Part shown: positions 17,450 to 28,012 of the stretch, piece after piece
Numbering within the stretch: the first letter of the stretch is position 1
Layout of the letters: every line of letters starts with the position of its first letter
Assembly (NCBI GenBank): GCA_028865345.1
Contig: JAGWKL010000008.1
Location: 9,291 to 73,290 of the forward strand
Origin: Candidatus Omnitrophota bacterium
Lineage (GTDB): Bacteria > Omnitrophota > Gorgyraeia > Zapsychrales > Fredricksoniimonadaceae
Length of the DNA stretch: 64,000 nt
Direction of reading: 5' to 3'
Made by a program: the position numbers and the translations under genes
The notes under the pieces: generated by a model
Database searches by the model: none
Told to the model about the DNA's origin: nothing
What the model saw: only the letters and a program-made list of their open reading frames with translations

Positions 17450-18121
17450 ATGCCCCGTTTCCCCCTTCGATTGAATTTGTCAGCTGTTATATTCGACATG
17501 GATGGCGTTATCACCGATACCATGCCCTGCCACCTTCGCGCCTGGAGGTCTGTTTTTGCCGCTGAAGGCCTTTACGCCACCCATGAGGACATTTATAAGC
17601 GCGAAGGCCAGAAAGGCATTGACAGCGTGCGTGAGTTGTTTGCCGAGAAAGGCAAACCTTTTGACGAAGAGACGGCAAAAAGACTGCTCAAAAATAAAGA
17701 GGAATTGTTTAAGCGGACTTTTAAGCGTAAATTCATAGCGGGAAGCAGAAGGTTTATTAAAAAACTTAAGGCCCAAGGCTTTAAGCTGGGCCTGGTGACC
17801 GGCACTTCCCGTCATGAGGCCAGAAAGCTCATTCCCGATGCATTATGGGATTGTTTTGATGCCACTGTCTGCGGCTCGGATGTCCAAAACGGCAAGCCTC
17901 ACCCGGAACCGTATCTCAAGGCCCTGGCGGAACTTAAAATATCTGCGGACCGGGCGGTTGTTTTTGAAAACGCGCCCTTTGGCATACGTTCAGCCCGTGC
18001 TGCGGGGCTTTTGTGCATAGCCCTGGAAACATCTTTAAACTCTTCTTATTTAAAAGATGCTGATATAATATTCCCTGCGTTTAAAGCCGTTGAGTCAAAG
18101 GTCGAATTTATCCTCACATAA
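17450..18121 (+). CDS. HAD-superfamily hydrolase, beta-phosphoglucomutase/phosphatase-like.
   Basis: Motif I FDMDGVITDT, motif II LVTGTS, motif IV ENAPFGIRSA. ATG 17450 is chosen; the track's upstream extension overlaps the previous gene in another frame. Confidence 0.8.
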   Translation: MPRFPLRLNLSAVIFDMDGVITDTMPCHLRAWRSVFAAEGLYATHEDIYKREGQKGIDSVRELFAEKGKPFDEETAKRLLKNKEELFKRTFKRKFIAGSRRFIKKLKAQGFKLGLVTGTSRHEARKLIPDALWDCFDATVCGSDVQNGKPHPEPYLKALAELKISADRAVVFENAPFGIRSARAAGLLCIALETSLNSSYLKDADIIFPAFKAVESKVEFILT

Positions 18122-18982
18122 ATGAACATCCTTTTGTTTTATAAAAACAGCACGTACGCGGGGTATTTTCTCAGCGATCGCAGGCGCCTGGCCCGCCTGG
18201 AAGGGCTTTTGGATTCCGAAGAGGTCGAGCGTTTTCGCCGCACGCATTCAAACCATTTCTGGAGCCTGTCCTCTGTGGAAGCCGTCCTTAAAATGCGGAA
18301 ATTAAAATTCACCAAGGCCTGCAGGGGGTCTTCCCTCGATTACGGCAATTATGATTTGATCATTACGGTGGGAGGCGATGGGACGTTTCTGGAAGCCGCC
18401 AGGCAGGCCAAGAAACAAATCGTGTGGGGCATCAATTCCGATCCCGCCTGGAGTGTGGGCCGTTTTTGCTGCGGCAGTGCCCGGAATTTCAGCGCCTTGC
18501 TGGACAGGGTCCTGGCCGGCAAGGTGTCTTCAAGAAAATTGCAGCGTTTAAGCATTTCTTTCAGCGACGGCACGCAATCCATGAATGTGCTCAATGATAT
18601 TTTGATCTGCCACCATAATCCCGCGGCCATCAGCCGTTATTACCTGACGGTCGGTGCCTCCAGGGAAGAGCAGCGTTCTTCGGGGGTGTGGATCGCGACG
18701 GCCGCCGGTTCTTCAGGCGGCATCCATTCGGCCGGCGGTAAAATTCTGCCCCTGGAAAGCAAGAGCTTTCAATATAAGCCCCGGGAGCTTTACGGGGGCA
18801 ACAGGGTCCGTTACCGGCTCACAGGAGGGGTGCTTAAAAGCGCTCAAAAGATCGTCCTGACTTCGCTCATGCGGGAAGGGGTTGTTTTTGTGGACGGGTC
18901 CCATGTGTGCCTGCCGTTTTCTTTTGGTACTAAGGTTTTTGTCCAAGGTTCCATGGACCCTTTAAAGATCATATTCGAATGA
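18122..18982 (+). CDS. nadK: NAD+ kinase.
   Basis: GGDGT motif (DLIITVGGDGTFL) and the NDILI-type conserved region. Confidence 0.75.
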   Translation: MNILLFYKNSTYAGYFLSDRRRLARLEGLLDSEEVERFRRTHSNHFWSLSSVEAVLKMRKLKFTKACRGSSLDYGNYDLIITVGGDGTFLEAARQAKKQIVWGINSDPAWSVGRFCCGSARNFSALLDRVLAGKVSSRKLQRLSISFSDGTQSMNVLNDILICHHNPAAISRYYLTVGASREEQRSSGVWIATAAGSSGGIHSAGGKILPLESKSFQYKPRELYGGNRVRYRLTGGVLKSAQKIVLTSLMREGVVFVDGSHVCLPFSFGTKVFVQGSMDPLKIIFE

Positions 18983-19338
18983 AAGCCGTCCTTCTGGTCA
19001 GCCATGGCAGCCGGTCGCCCCGGACCAAGAAAGAAATTCTGGCCCTGGTCAACGCTTTGTTCCAAAGATTGCCTGGTGTCATCATTGAATATGCTTTTTT
19101 GGATATTGAATCGCCCGACATTCCTGAAGGAATAGATAAATGCGTCTCTCAAGGGGCCGGTGAAATAATCGTGGCCTTGAATTTCCTGAATTCCGGCCGC
19201 CACGTGAATGAAGACATTCCTGCCATTGTTGCAGAGGCGCAAAAGAAGCATCCCGGTGTTAAATTTGCCGTCACTCAACCCATCGGGCAGCATTCTCAAA
19301 TTCCCGGCCTTTTTATCGATTTGATCAATGATGTTTAA
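18979..19338 (+). CDS. cbiX: CbiX/SirB-type small sirohydrochlorin chelatase.
   Basis: About 120-aa CbiX(S) fold: LLVSHGSR...EGIDKCVSQGAGEIIVALNFLNSGRHVNEDIP. Confidence 0.7.
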   Translation: MKAVLLVSHGSRSPRTKKEILALVNALFQRLPGVIIEYAFLDIESPDIPEGIDKCVSQGAGEIIVALNFLNSGRHVNEDIPAIVAEAQKKHPGVKFAVTQPIGQHSQIPGLFIDLINDV

Positions 19339-20422
19339 ACAAAACAGTGTTATTCCCCTGAAAGCGGGGATCCGGTATAAATTTTTTTACAAGGATTTAA
19401 TCAATTGGTACGCCAAACACAAGCGCGATCTGCCCTGGCGGCGCACCAATGATCCGTATAAGATATGGATCTCGGAGATCATGCTTCAGCAAACCACGGT
19501 CGCCACGGTCGTGGCTTTCTATGAGAAATGGATCAGGCTTTTCCCGACGGTCCATGATTTGGCCCGGGCTCCTTTACAGGCGGTTTTGAAACAATGGCAG
19601 GGTTTGGGATACTACAATCGCGCCAGGAACCTGCATCAGGCCGCCCGTATCCTTATTAAGGAACACAATGGAGTTTTGCCCCAGGACCGGCAAGCCATAA
19701 GCTCCCTGCCCGGGTTTGGGCCTTATACCACAGGATCGGTTTTAAGTATCGCCTACGACATGCCGTTGACGATTATCGACGCCAATGTCCGCAGGGTGGT
19801 GATGCGCCTCTTGGGGCTCTCCGGTGAAGCGGACACGAAAAAAGATCCCGGAATAAATGAGTTTCTGCTTAAGGTTTTGCCGGCAAAGAAAGCAGGGGAT
19901 TTTAACCAGGCCTTGATGGAGTTAGGCGCCCTGGTGTGCCGGGCTAAGGGGCCGCTTTGCCTTTCCTGTCCTGTCGGCAAATATTGCCGGGCGTTCAAAA
20001 ATGGCAGGCAGGAGATCATTCCTCGTCCCAAAAAGAGGATCATTAAAAATGTTCATGCCGTGATTGCCGTCATTAAAAAAAGGAACAGATATTTTATCCA
20101 AAAAAGGCCTTCCCGGGGATTGTTGGCGGATTTATGGGAATTCCCCGGGGGTAAAATCGAGGCCGGGGAGACAAAAAAGAATGCTCTGGCCCGGGAATTA
20201 AGGGAAGAATTAGGGGCCGGATTGGTCTCTTCAAAATATTTATTCGATGTGAAGCATTTTTATACGCAATTCAAGGTCCATTTGTCCGTCTTTTCCTGCA
20301 CATTGAGCAATGAACCCAAGGTTGGCCCTGCGCGCCAATGGGTCAGCTTTAAGGGTCTTGCCCGTTATCCCATGCCTTCCGGCAGCGTCAAAATCATCGA
20401 AAAGCTGGCTTCTTTCAAATAG
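19328..20422 (+). CDS. mutY: A/G-specific adenine DNA glycosylase MutY.
   Basis: HhH-GPD with the [4Fe-4S] Cys cluster (CRAKGPLCLSCPVGKYC) and a C-terminal NUDIX-like domain. Confidence 0.9.
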   Translation: MMFKQNSVIPLKAGIRYKFFYKDLINWYAKHKRDLPWRRTNDPYKIWISEIMLQQTTVATVVAFYEKWIRLFPTVHDLARAPLQAVLKQWQGLGYYNRARNLHQAARILIKEHNGVLPQDRQAISSLPGFGPYTTGSVLSIAYDMPLTIIDANVRRVVMRLLGLSGEADTKKDPGINEFLLKVLPAKKAGDFNQALMELGALVCRAKGPLCLSCPVGKYCRAFKNGRQEIIPRPKKRIIKNVHAVIAVIKKRNRYFIQKRPSRGLLADLWEFPGGKIEAGETKKNALARELREELGAGLVSSKYLFDVKHFYTQFKVHLSVFSCTLSNEPKVGPARQWVSFKGLARYPMPSGSVKIIEKLASFK

Positions 20423-20452
20423 CAGTCAAAGAGATTTTTAAAACGTTTTAGC

Positions 20453-20480
20453 TTGACAAAATTTCCTTGCGTGATATACT
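20453..20480 (+). promoter_or_regulatory. Sigma-70-type promoter of the sulfur-assimilation operon.
   Basis: TTGACA (20453-58), 16-nt spacer, extended -10 TGaTATACT (20472-80), about 45 nt upstream of the DUF2061 start. Confidence 0.55.
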
Positions 20481-20524
20481 TACTTACATTATCAACTTAG
20501 TAATGTTAAATATCGGAGCAATTG

Positions 20525-20761
20525 ATGGCGCCCCTTACGGTCAAAGACAAGCATTGGAGAAGCGTTGCCAAATCTGTTTCCTGGCGCCTGACAGGTACCA
20601 TAGATACGATCATCATATCCTGGCTGATTACGCACAGGCTGCAGATTGCGCTCACAATAGGATCAATAGAACTTTTTACTAAGATGGTCCTTTATTATTT
20701 GCATGAGCGGGCCTGGGAAAAGGTCAAGATAGGGCGTACCGTGGTTGATTATGAAATCTAG
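20525..20761 (+). CDS. DUF2061 small membrane protein.
   Basis: KHWRSVAKSVSWRLTGTIDTIIISWLITH matches the DUF2061 core. It leads a cys operon here. Confidence 0.65.
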   Translation: MAPLTVKDKHWRSVAKSVSWRLTGTIDTIIISWLITHRLQIALTIGSIELFTKMVLYYLHERAWEKVKIGRTVVDYEI

Positions 20762-20770
20762 GAGACGTGT

Positions 20771-21193
20771 ATGAAGGTTTCCGCAAGGATGGATTACGCG
20801 GTCCGGGCGCTTTTGGAGCTTGGCTTGCATTGGCCGGACACCCAGCCTCTGCAATTGGAAGGCATCAGCCGCCGCGCGGGTGTGCCGCAAAAATTTTTGA
20901 TCCATATTTTGATTGACCTCAAAAATCTTGGGGCGGTAAACAGCATCCGCGGCAAAAAGGGGGGGTATGTTCTTGGGGAAGATCCCAGGAAAATCAATCT
21001 TGCCGCCATTGTCAGGCGGCTGGGGGGGATAGGTTCTTTTGAGGAAGAAAAAAGAAAAAAGAAAAATGACAGTGTCAGCCTTTTATGGAAGGAAATAGAC
21101 AAAAGCATCATCGAAAAACTCGAGAAAATCAGCCTGGAAGACCTGTGCAACCGCCAGCGTCAGGCGGTCAAAACCCTGAGTTTCGATATCTAA
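20771..21193 (+). CDS. Rrf2-family transcriptional regulator (CymR/IscR-like).
   Basis: N-terminal w[22 protein letters not shown]...[24 protein letters not shown]. Position ahead of cysK suggests a CymR-like role. Confidence 0.85.
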   Translation: MKVSARMDYAVRALLELGLHWPDTQPLQLEGISRRAGVPQKFLIHILIDLKNLGAVNSIRGKKGGYVLGEDPRKINLAAIVRRLGGIGSFEEEKRKKKNDSVSLLWKEIDKSIIEKLEKISLEDLCNRQRQAVKTLSFDI

Positions 21194-21218
21194 AAATCCA
21201 ATAATAGTGGAGGGGACC

Positions 21219-22154
21219 ATGAAAATAGCAAATGATATTACGGAATTGGTCGGTAACACGCCGCTGGTGCGTTTAAACAAGGTCACCAAGGGCAGTCAGG
21301 CGACGGTGGTTGCCAAACTTGAATTCTACAATCCTTTGCATTCCGTCAAAGACCGCATTGGGTTTAATATGATCCGTGCCGCCGAGAAAGCCGGCAAAAT
21401 CAAAGCGGATACGGTGATCATCGAACCCACATCGGGCAATACAGGCATTGCCCTGGCCTTTGTTTGCGCCGTCAAAGGCTATAAGTTAATGTTGGCCATG
21501 CCGGAGACCATGAGCCTGGAGAGGCGCGCCTTGCTTAAGGCCCTGGGCGCGGATTTGATATTGACCCCAGGCGCGCAAGGGATGAAGGGGGCCATCAATA
21601 AGGCCAAGGAAATCCATGATTCCGATCCCAATAAATATTTTATGCCCCAGCAATTCGACAATTCCGCCAATGTGGAGATCCACCGTTTGACCACGGCCGA
21701 AGAGATCTGGCGCGATACCGACGGCAAGGTCGACATCCTGGTGGCCGGTGTCGGTACCGGCGGCACCATCACCGGTGTCGCCCAGGTGATCAAACCGCGC
21801 AAAGCGTCTTTTAAAGCCATTGCGGTCGAGCCCAACACTTCCGCCGTTTTGTCCGGCGGGCAGCCGGGGCCTCATAAGATCCAGGGTCTGGCTGCAGGGT
21901 TCATCCCCAGCATCGTGGACACCAAACTCCTTGATGAGATCGTCCAGGTGACCAATGACGAAGCTTTTGCCATGGCTAAAAGGGTCATCCGTGAGGAAGG
22001 CATCCTTTGCGGCATTTCATCCGGAGCTAATGTGGCTGCGGCCTTAAAAGTCGCCTCCAGGCCGGAGAATAAGGACAAGTTGATCGTCGTGATCATTCCC
22101 GACACGGGAGAACGTTATTTATCGACCGATTTATTCGCGGAATACAGGTCTTAG
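21219..22154 (+). CDS. cysK: Cysteine synthase A (O-acetylserine sulfhydrylase).
   Basis: PLP-lysine region [24 protein letters not shown] and [10 protein letters not shown] loops. SD GGAGGGG before ATG 21219. Confidence 0.95.
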   Translation: MKIANDITELVGNTPLVRLNKVTKGSQATVVAKLEFYNPLHSVKDRIGFNMIRAAEKAGKIKADTVIIEPTSGNTGIALAFVCAVKGYKLMLAMPETMSLERRALLKALGADLILTPGAQGMKGAINKAKEIHDSDPNKYFMPQQFDNSANVEIHRLTTAEEIWRDTDGKVDILVAGVGTGGTITGVAQVIKPRKASFKAIAVEPNTSAVLSGGQPGPHKIQGLAAGFIPSIVDTKLLDEIVQVTNDEAFAMAKRVIREEGILCGISSGANVAAALKVASRPENKDKLIVVIIPDTGERYLSTDLFAEYRS

Positions 22155-22176
22155 CATAATATAAGAAGGGGTTATC

Positions 22177-22908
22177 TTGCAGACAGAACAAATCAAACAA
22201 CTCAATGCGCAGGCTCATGGCCTCGATGCTCCGGGGATCATTAAACTGGCCGAAAGCCGGTTCGGCTCCAGGGTCAGCTTTGCCACCAGTTTGGGGGAAG
22301 AGGACCAGGTCATCACGGACATGATAGCCTCCCTGACTCCGGGGGTGGAAATATTCACCCTGGACACCGGCCGGCTGTTTGCCGAAACCTATGAGTTGAT
22401 GGCCCAAAACCAGAAAAAGTACAGCCGGCTTAATTTCAGGATTTATTACCCCGACACTAAATCCGTGGAGGAGATGGTGCGCTCCAAGGGGATAAATTTA
22501 TTTTATGAAAGTGTTGAAAACCGCAAACTCTGCTGCCATGTCCGCAAGGTCGAGCCCTTACAACGCGCCCTGGCCGGCAAGGACGCCTGGATTGTGGGTT
22601 TACGGCGTGACCAGGCCGTCACGCGCTCGGCCCTGGAGCCGGTGGAATGGGACGGGGCCAATCAAAAGATCAAATTTAATCCGCTTTACAACTGGTCCCT
22701 TCAGCAAGTCAGGGACTATGTCAAGCAGCATCATGTTGATGTCAATCCCTTGCATGCCCAAGGATTTGTCTCCATCGGATGCGCGCCATGCACCCGCGCC
22801 GTCAAGCCGGGGGAAGATCTGCGCGCCGGGCGCTGGTGGTGGGAGACGCCCGAAGGCAAGGAATGCGGTTTGCATAACAATCCAAAATGGAAAGGCGCCT
22901 CCAAGTGA
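22177..22908 (+). CDS. cysH: Adenylyl-sulfate (APS) reductase of the Fe-S-containing type (CysH family).
   Basis: PAPS_reduct fold with C-terminal ECGLH. It also has the CC...CxxC cysteines ([17 protein letters not shown]) that mark cluster-containing APS reductases. TTG start with SD AGAAGGGG. Confidence 0.85.
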   Translation: MQTEQIKQLNAQAHGLDAPGIIKLAESRFGSRVSFATSLGEEDQVITDMIASLTPGVEIFTLDTGRLFAETYELMAQNQKKYSRLNFRIYYPDTKSVEEMVRSKGINLFYESVENRKLCCHVRKVEPLQRALAGKDAWIVGLRRDQAVTRSALEPVEWDGANQKIKFNPLYNWSLQQVRDYVKQHHVDVNPLHAQGFVSIGCAPCTRAVKPGEDLRAGRWWWETPEGKECGLHNNPKWKGASK

Positions 22909-22916
22909 ACCAAACA

Positions 22917-23798
22917 ATGGACAAATTAGACGCCCTGGAATCTCAAAGCGTTTATATATTGCGTGAAGCTTACCGCGAATTCAAGTCCCTGGTGATGTTG
23001 TGGTCCATCGGCAAAGACTCCACGGTGCTTCTGTGGCTGGCGCGCAAGGCCTTTTTCGGCCATGTGCCGTTTCCCCTGGTGCATATCGATACCAGCTATA
23101 AGATCCCTGAAATGATCCGCTACAGGGATGAACTTGCGCTCAAGTTCAAATTGAACATGATCGTGGGACAGAATACCATGGCCCTGAAGGAAAAACGCAC
23201 ATTTCCCGACGGCACCCTGGACCGCATCAATTGCTGCAAGGCCTTGAAGACCGATGCGCTGAAAAACACCCTTGCAGGCAGCTGGCCGCGCCTGCGCCTT
23301 AACCATCAGAGCGCTAAGTACGAGGTGGATACCAATACAGAACCGTATACCGGAGTCATCGTCGGTGCCCGCGCGGACGAGGAAGGTTCCCGTTCCAAGG
23401 AACGCTATTTTTCCCCGCGTGACCGCAACAGCGATTGGGATGTCGGCGACCAGCCGCCGGAATTATGGAACCAGTTCAAGACGGACTTTGCCCCGGGCAC
23501 CCATATCCGCATCCACCCATTGCTGGATTGGACGGAACTCAATATTTGGGAATACATCCAGCGTGAGAACATTCCCATCACTCATCTGTATTTTGACCAG
23601 GGCAACGGCAAACGCTACCGTTCATTGGGCTGCTATCCCTGCACCATGCCGGTCGAGTCCCATGCTCAAAACGTGGACGATATCGTCAAGGAATTGCGGG
23701 AAGGCAAATTCAAGAACATTGCCGAGCGCTCCGGCCGCGCCCAGGACAAGGAAGACGGCGGCGGCCTTGAGACCCTGCGCAAGGAAGGGTACATGTAA
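22917..23798 (+). CDS. cysD: Sulfate adenylyltransferase subunit 2.
   Basis: [22 protein letters not shown]...[14 protein letters not shown]-loop. Confidence 0.95.
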   Translation: MDKLDALESQSVYILREAYREFKSLVMLWSIGKDSTVLLWLARKAFFGHVPFPLVHIDTSYKIPEMIRYRDELALKFKLNMIVGQNTMALKEKRTFPDGTLDRINCCKALKTDALKNTLAGSWPRLRLNHQSAKYEVDTNTEPYTGVIVGARADEEGSRSKERYFSPRDRNSDWDVGDQPPELWNQFKTDFAPGTHIRIHPLLDWTELNIWEYIQRENIPITHLYFDQGNGKRYRSLGCYPCTMPVESHAQNVDDIVKELREGKFKNIAERSGRAQDKEDGGGLETLRKEGYM

Positions 23799-25603
23799 TG
23801 GCAAGTCAACGCCAACAGATGAACGTGGTCATCGTCGGCCATGTGGACCACGGCAAAAGCACCCTGGTGGGCCGCCTGTTGGCGGACACCGGCTCCCTGC
23901 CTGAAGGCAAGCTGGAAGCGGTCAAGGCCCAGTGCAAGCGCAACGCCAAACCCTTTGAATACGCCTTTTTATTGGACGCCCTTAAAGATGAGCAGGCCCA
24001 GGGCATCACCATCGACACGGCCAGGTCTTTTTTTAAATCGTCGAAGCGCGACTACATCATCATTGACGCTCCCGGCCATATTGAATTCTTGAAGAACATG
24101 ATCTCCGGCGCCGCCCGTGCCGAAGCGGCGCTTCTGGTCATAGACGCCCATGAAGGCATTAAAGAAAATTCCAAGCGCCATGGGTACATGATGCGCTTTT
24201 TGGGCATCAAAAATATCGCTGTGTGCGTCAATAAGATGGATTTGGTCAATTACGACCGGGCGGTCTTTGAGCGCATCCAGGCGGATTATGTTAAATTTTT
24301 GAAAGAAATCGACCTTGCCCCTCAAGCGTTTATCCCTATAGCCGCTTTTTGCGGGGACAATATGACTGGGCCTTCTTCCCGAATGCCCTGGTATCAAGGC
24401 GGGTCTGTATTGGACGTGCTGGACGGTTTTCAAAAGGCCGCCCCTTTGGATCAATTGCCGTTTCGCATGCCGGTGCAGGACATCTACAAATTCACGGAAA
24501 GCGGGGACGATCGCCGCATTGTCGCCGGCCGTGTGGAAACCGGGTCCGTCAGGACGGGGGATGAGGTGATCTTTCTGCCTTCGGGCAAGAAAAACCGCAT
24601 TAAGACCGTCGAGTATTTCAACGGCCCCCCGCGGTCAGGCGCCCGGGCCCAGGAAAGCATCGGATTTACCTATGATACGGAAATTTATATCCGTCCCGGG
24701 GAGGTCTTATGCAGATATTCACAGAAATTGCCGCATGTCAGCAATAAGTTCCGCGCCAATGTGTTCTGGATGGGCAAGCAGCCGCTCATCAAGACCAAGA
24801 CCTATAAACTGAAAATAGCCACCCAGCAAGTGCCCGTGATCGTGGCGGACATTATCCATGTGCTTAACGCCGCGGAATTGGCATCGAGTCACAAGCCGCA
24901 TGTGGACCGCCACGAGGTGGGGGAGATCATTTTTGAAACTTTAAAGCCGATTGCTTTTGACACGGTCAACGAGATCGCCCCCACCGGCCGGTTTGTCCTG
25001 GTGGATAATTATGAGATCGCCGGGGGCGGAATCATCCTGGCACCTGTTTTTGACAGCGACTCGAGCCTGAACCAGCACATCAAAAAGCGCGATTATGGCT
25101 GGGAGCGTTCCCAAATAACGCCCCCTCTGCGCGCCCAAAAATACGGGCATAAATCCGCCTTGATCATCATCGCCGGGAAAATCGACACCGGCAATCAGCG
25201 GATCGCCAAGGCCATGGAAGAGGCCTTGTTCAATTTGGGAAAGAACGTTTATTTCCTGGGGATTTCCAACCGCCTGAACCTCGCCGCGTCGGATTCCAAA
25301 GATAAGACCCTGGGCAGATATGACGCCCTTGTGCAATTGGGCGAATTGGCCCACCTGATGACGGACGCCGGCCTGATCTTGATCACCAGCATCACGGACA
25401 TCGATCAATACGATCTGGGCATGTTAAAAAAGCTCAATAATCCCAACCGCACCCTGGTCATTTACGTCGGCCAGGAGGAGAGGTTGGCCTTGGAAAACAT
25501 AGACCTGCTGCTGCCTGAAAACGAAAGGTCTGAAGCAGCCGTTAAAAAGATCGTCGATCTTTTGGTCAAGGCCGTTGTTTTGGACCCCGAATATGAGATC
25601 TGA
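23798..25603 (+). CDS. cysN: Sulfate adenylyltransferase subunit 1 (CysN GTPase) fused to a degenerate APS-kinase-like C-terminal domain.
   Basis: GTPase G1-G4 ([18 protein letters not shown]). The C-terminal about 170 aa align with CysC, but the Walker A is [12 protein letters not shown] instead of GLSGSGKST, and LDGD is replaced by LGIS. Confidence 0.9.
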   Translation: MASQRQQMNVVIVGHVDHGKSTLVGRLLADTGSLPEGKLEAVKAQCKRNAKPFEYAFLLDALKDEQAQGITIDTARSFFKSSKRDYIIIDAPGHIEFLKNMISGAARAEAALLVIDAHEGIKENSKRHGYMMRFLGIKNIAVCVNKMDLVNYDRAVFERIQADYVKFLKEIDLAPQAFIPIAAFCGDNMTGPSSRMPWYQGGSVLDVLDGFQKAAPLDQLPFRMPVQDIYKFTESGDDRRIVAGRVETGSVRTGDEVIFLPSGKKNRIKTVEYFNGPPRSGARAQESIGFTYDTEIYIRPGEVLCRYSQKLPHVSNKFRANVFWMGKQPLIKTKTYKLKIATQQVPVIVADIIHVLNAAELASSHKPHVDRHEVGEIIFETLKPIAFDTVNEIAPTGRFVLVDNYEIAGGGIILAPVFDSDSSLNQHIKKRDYGWERSQITPPLRAQKYGHKSALIIIAGKIDTGNQRIAKAMEEALFNLGKNVYFLGISNRLNLAASDSKDKTLGRYDALVQLGELAHLMTDAGLILITSITDIDQYDLGMLKKLNNPNRTLVIYVGQEERLALENIDLLLPENERSEAAVKKIVDLLVKAVVLDPEYEI

Positions 25604-25701
25604 TCGAAAGGTTTCGTTTTTTCTTTGCACTTGTCCAAGGAAGGTGTAGGATATACCAAATTTGGTGTTATCCAACCATAATTCAAAAAGGAGAAATTAG
25701 T

Positions 25702-25998
25702 ATGAAAAAAGTTTTAACAGCTGTCATCTTCTGTGCGTTCGCTTTAACAGGGGCCAGTTTTGCCCAAACTCCGCCGTCTGCCGGACCGGCCATGAGTTCC
25801 CCTCAAATGATGCAAATGCATCATAAGCGCCATGAGCGTCATCCTGAAATCATGAGGGCGGCGCGTAAACTACGGTTTGCCAAGCGGGATTTGGAAAGAG
25901 CCGCCCATGATTTCGGCGGGCACAGGGTCAAGGCCATCGCTGCGATTGACGAGGCTTTAAGAGAATTGCATGAAGCCATGATGTACGATAAAAAATAA
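25702..25998 (+). CDS. Small secreted His-rich protein.
   Basis: Signal peptide MKKVLTAVIFCAFALTGASFA. Mature part contains MMQMHHKRHERHPEIM. Confidence 0.5.
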   Translation: MKKVLTAVIFCAFALTGASFAQTPPSAGPAMSSPQMMQMHHKRHERHPEIMRAARKLRFAKRDLERAAHDFGGHRVKAIAAIDEALRELHEAMMYDKK

Positions 25999-26027
25999 GG
26001 ACAACGGCGGTTTCTGATAAAAGGGTG

Positions 26028-26070
26028 ACGGGCACTTTTATTTTAAATAAAGGTGCCCGTTTCCTTTTTT
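26028..26070. terminator. Bidirectional intrinsic terminator between the convergent small secreted gene and sulfite reductase.
   Basis: ACGGGCAC / GTGCCCGT stem with an AT-rich loop. T-tract on the + side (TTCCTTTTTT) and a weaker one on the - side. Confidence 0.6.
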
Positions 26071-27892
26071 AATCGATAACGCAGTCTGCCGGCAGTGTTT
26101 TGGCCATCAGATCGGCCGTGGCAGGATTTTCTTTGAGATGGGAAATGATGGCTTCCATGCCGATACGGCGGTGAAAATACCCGACGCTTTCATCAAGACG
26201 GGCATGGGCCTTCCAGTTTTTAAGCAGCGCATCGATGATCTGGGCCACGCGTTCGCGGGGGATGGATTTAAGATAGATGCCGCTGCCGTCGGCAGAAACC
26301 AGGGGCAGGCCCTGATGGCGGGCGTCTTCGCTGCCCATCAATTTCAACTGGTAGCGATTAAACCCTGATCCCACCAGGCCGAAGGTTTTGGTGGCAGGCC
26401 TGAAGCACTGGCGCTCACAACCGGTGATCCCGATAGACTCTTTCAAATCGCCCCAGCCCATGGCTTCCAGTTGGTCGATCAATTCCGGTTCAAATCTTTC
26501 AGAGTCCGTATAGGTCAACCGGCAGGTGTCCCTGCCCACACAGGCGCCGGACAACAGGCGCAGGGTGGAATAGGGCCTGCCGTGACGCTCTCCGTACCCG
26601 AATTTTTTAAGGTCTGCTTCAAACGCGGATTTCATCTCTTCAGGCAAATTGATGAACAAGGCGTCCTGGTTGGGGGTGATCATGAACTGAACAGGATAGG
26701 TGTTCATCAAATGGCGGCACAAAGTCTTCAACGGGCCGTTGGGAGACCCGTCGATAATGCGGCCGTTTTCAATATACATACCGTAAGCCCACAGGCCGTT
26801 GGAGGGTTGTTTGGTCCAGCCATGGTGCATATGGCGGCATCCGGGGTCGAGATCAGGGATGGGCAACTCCAATTTCACCCCCAGGATTTTCTCCACCTCT
26901 TCGCGGTACCAGGCGATGCCCATTTTCTTGACCACGAATTTGACCCTTGCCCAGACGCGGTTTTCCCGGTCGCCCCAGTGCTGGTGCACCTTGACAACAG
27001 CATCCAGGGTCTTTAATAGATCCGCTTCATTCACCTGGGCCAGCGGCCGGCTGAAGCAGGCCATGGAAGGCTTGCCGTTGCGTTCGCCTTGCCCGCCGCC
27101 GACGTAAATTTGGAATTTGACTACCTTATTGTCTTTAATGACGGGCACAACGCCGGCATCATCACTCAATACTTCCGCGCAGTTGTCAGGGACCAGATTC
27201 CCCCGGGCGTCCTTGTGCACGGTGGCAAAACCGATCTTGAATTTACGGTTGAGCAGATTCTTGCCGTAAGCAAACGATTCTCCGGGCTTGCGGACCTTGG
27301 AGGGGTCAATTTGCCAAACGGAAATAAAAGGCTCCATGGGAAGCTGAAAATAAGCGCCGCATTTGCGTGCCAAGGCATTGGTGTCGATGACATCTGAAAA
27401 ATGGTCCAGCGGGCAGCCCATGACATTGCGGGTATTGTCCCCGCAGCCGTTGAGCGTGTTCAGCCCTGATTCAGCCAGGGCTTTCACAAGGAGTGCCACA
27501 TGCTGTTTTCTGATCCAGTGAAACTGGATGTTCTGGCGGTTGGTCAGGCGTATGGAGGGGCGGCCATCCGGGTTTTTGGTGTATTTTTCGGTCAGCTCGT
27601 CGATGATATTGTATTGTTCCCTGGTCAGGGGGCCGCCGCCGGGGATGCTGATACGCATCATAAAGATCCATTCCTTGTTGCCGGCGGCTTCTTTATTGCG
27701 GTTGAATTCAAGATAAATGCCGTGGGATTTGGCCACCTGCTCGGTTTCCCAGGCCACATCGTCCCTGCTCAAATCGGCGAAATCGGAGCGCAGGTTGCCG
27801 ATGATGGAGTTGGCCGCGATCTTATTGAGTTCCTCTTTGGAGAACTTTTCAGGCGGCGTATTGAAGTTGGGGGTGCATGGTTTACGGTTCAT
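26069..27892 (-). CDS. sir: Assimilatory sulfite reductase hemoprotein (siroheme/[4Fe-4S], NirA/CysI family).
   Basis: Two nitrite/sulfite reductase ferredoxin-like half-domains. Cluster and siroheme cysteines (SGACVGRDTCRL...GITGCERQC). ATG giving MNRKP... is preferred; the ORF remains open to a TTG at 27943. Confidence 0.85.
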   Translation of the reverse strand: MNRKPCTPNFNTPPEKFSKEELNKIAANSIIGNLRSDFADLSRDDVAWETEQVAKSHGIYLEFNRNKEAAGNKEWIFMMRISIPGGGPLTREQYNIIDELTEKYTKNPDGRPSIRLTNRQNIQFHWIRKQHVALLVKALAESGLNTLNGCGDNTRNVMGCPLDHFSDVIDTNALARKCGAYFQLPMEPFISVWQIDPSKVRKPGESFAYGKNLLNRKFKIGFATVHKDARGNLVPDNCAEVLSDDAGVVPVIKDNKVVKFQIYVGGGQGERNGKPSMACFSRPLAQVNEADLLKTLDAVVKVHQHWGDRENRVWARVKFVVKKMGIAWYREEVEKILGVKLELPIPDLDPGCRHMHHGWTKQPSNGLWAYGMYIENGRIIDGSPNGPLKTLCRHLMNTYPVQFMITPNQDALFINLPEEMKSAFEADLKKFGYGERHGRPYSTLRLLSGACVGRDTCRLTYTDSERFEPELIDQLEAMGWGDLKESIGITGCERQCFRPATKTFGLVGSGFNRYQLKLMGSEDARHQGLPLVSADGSGIYLKSIPRERVAQIIDALLKNWKAHARLDESVGYFHRRIGMEAIISHLKENPATADLMAKTLPADCVID

Positions 27893-28012
27893 AGGAACGC
27901 TTATTTTAACTGAATACCGACGAAAGTCAATATAACTGTGCAATTATGGAAGGTCTATTTGGTTTAGGAAAAAGTGCCCCCTTTTTATTTTTTATGATAA
28001 GATGAATTTCCA

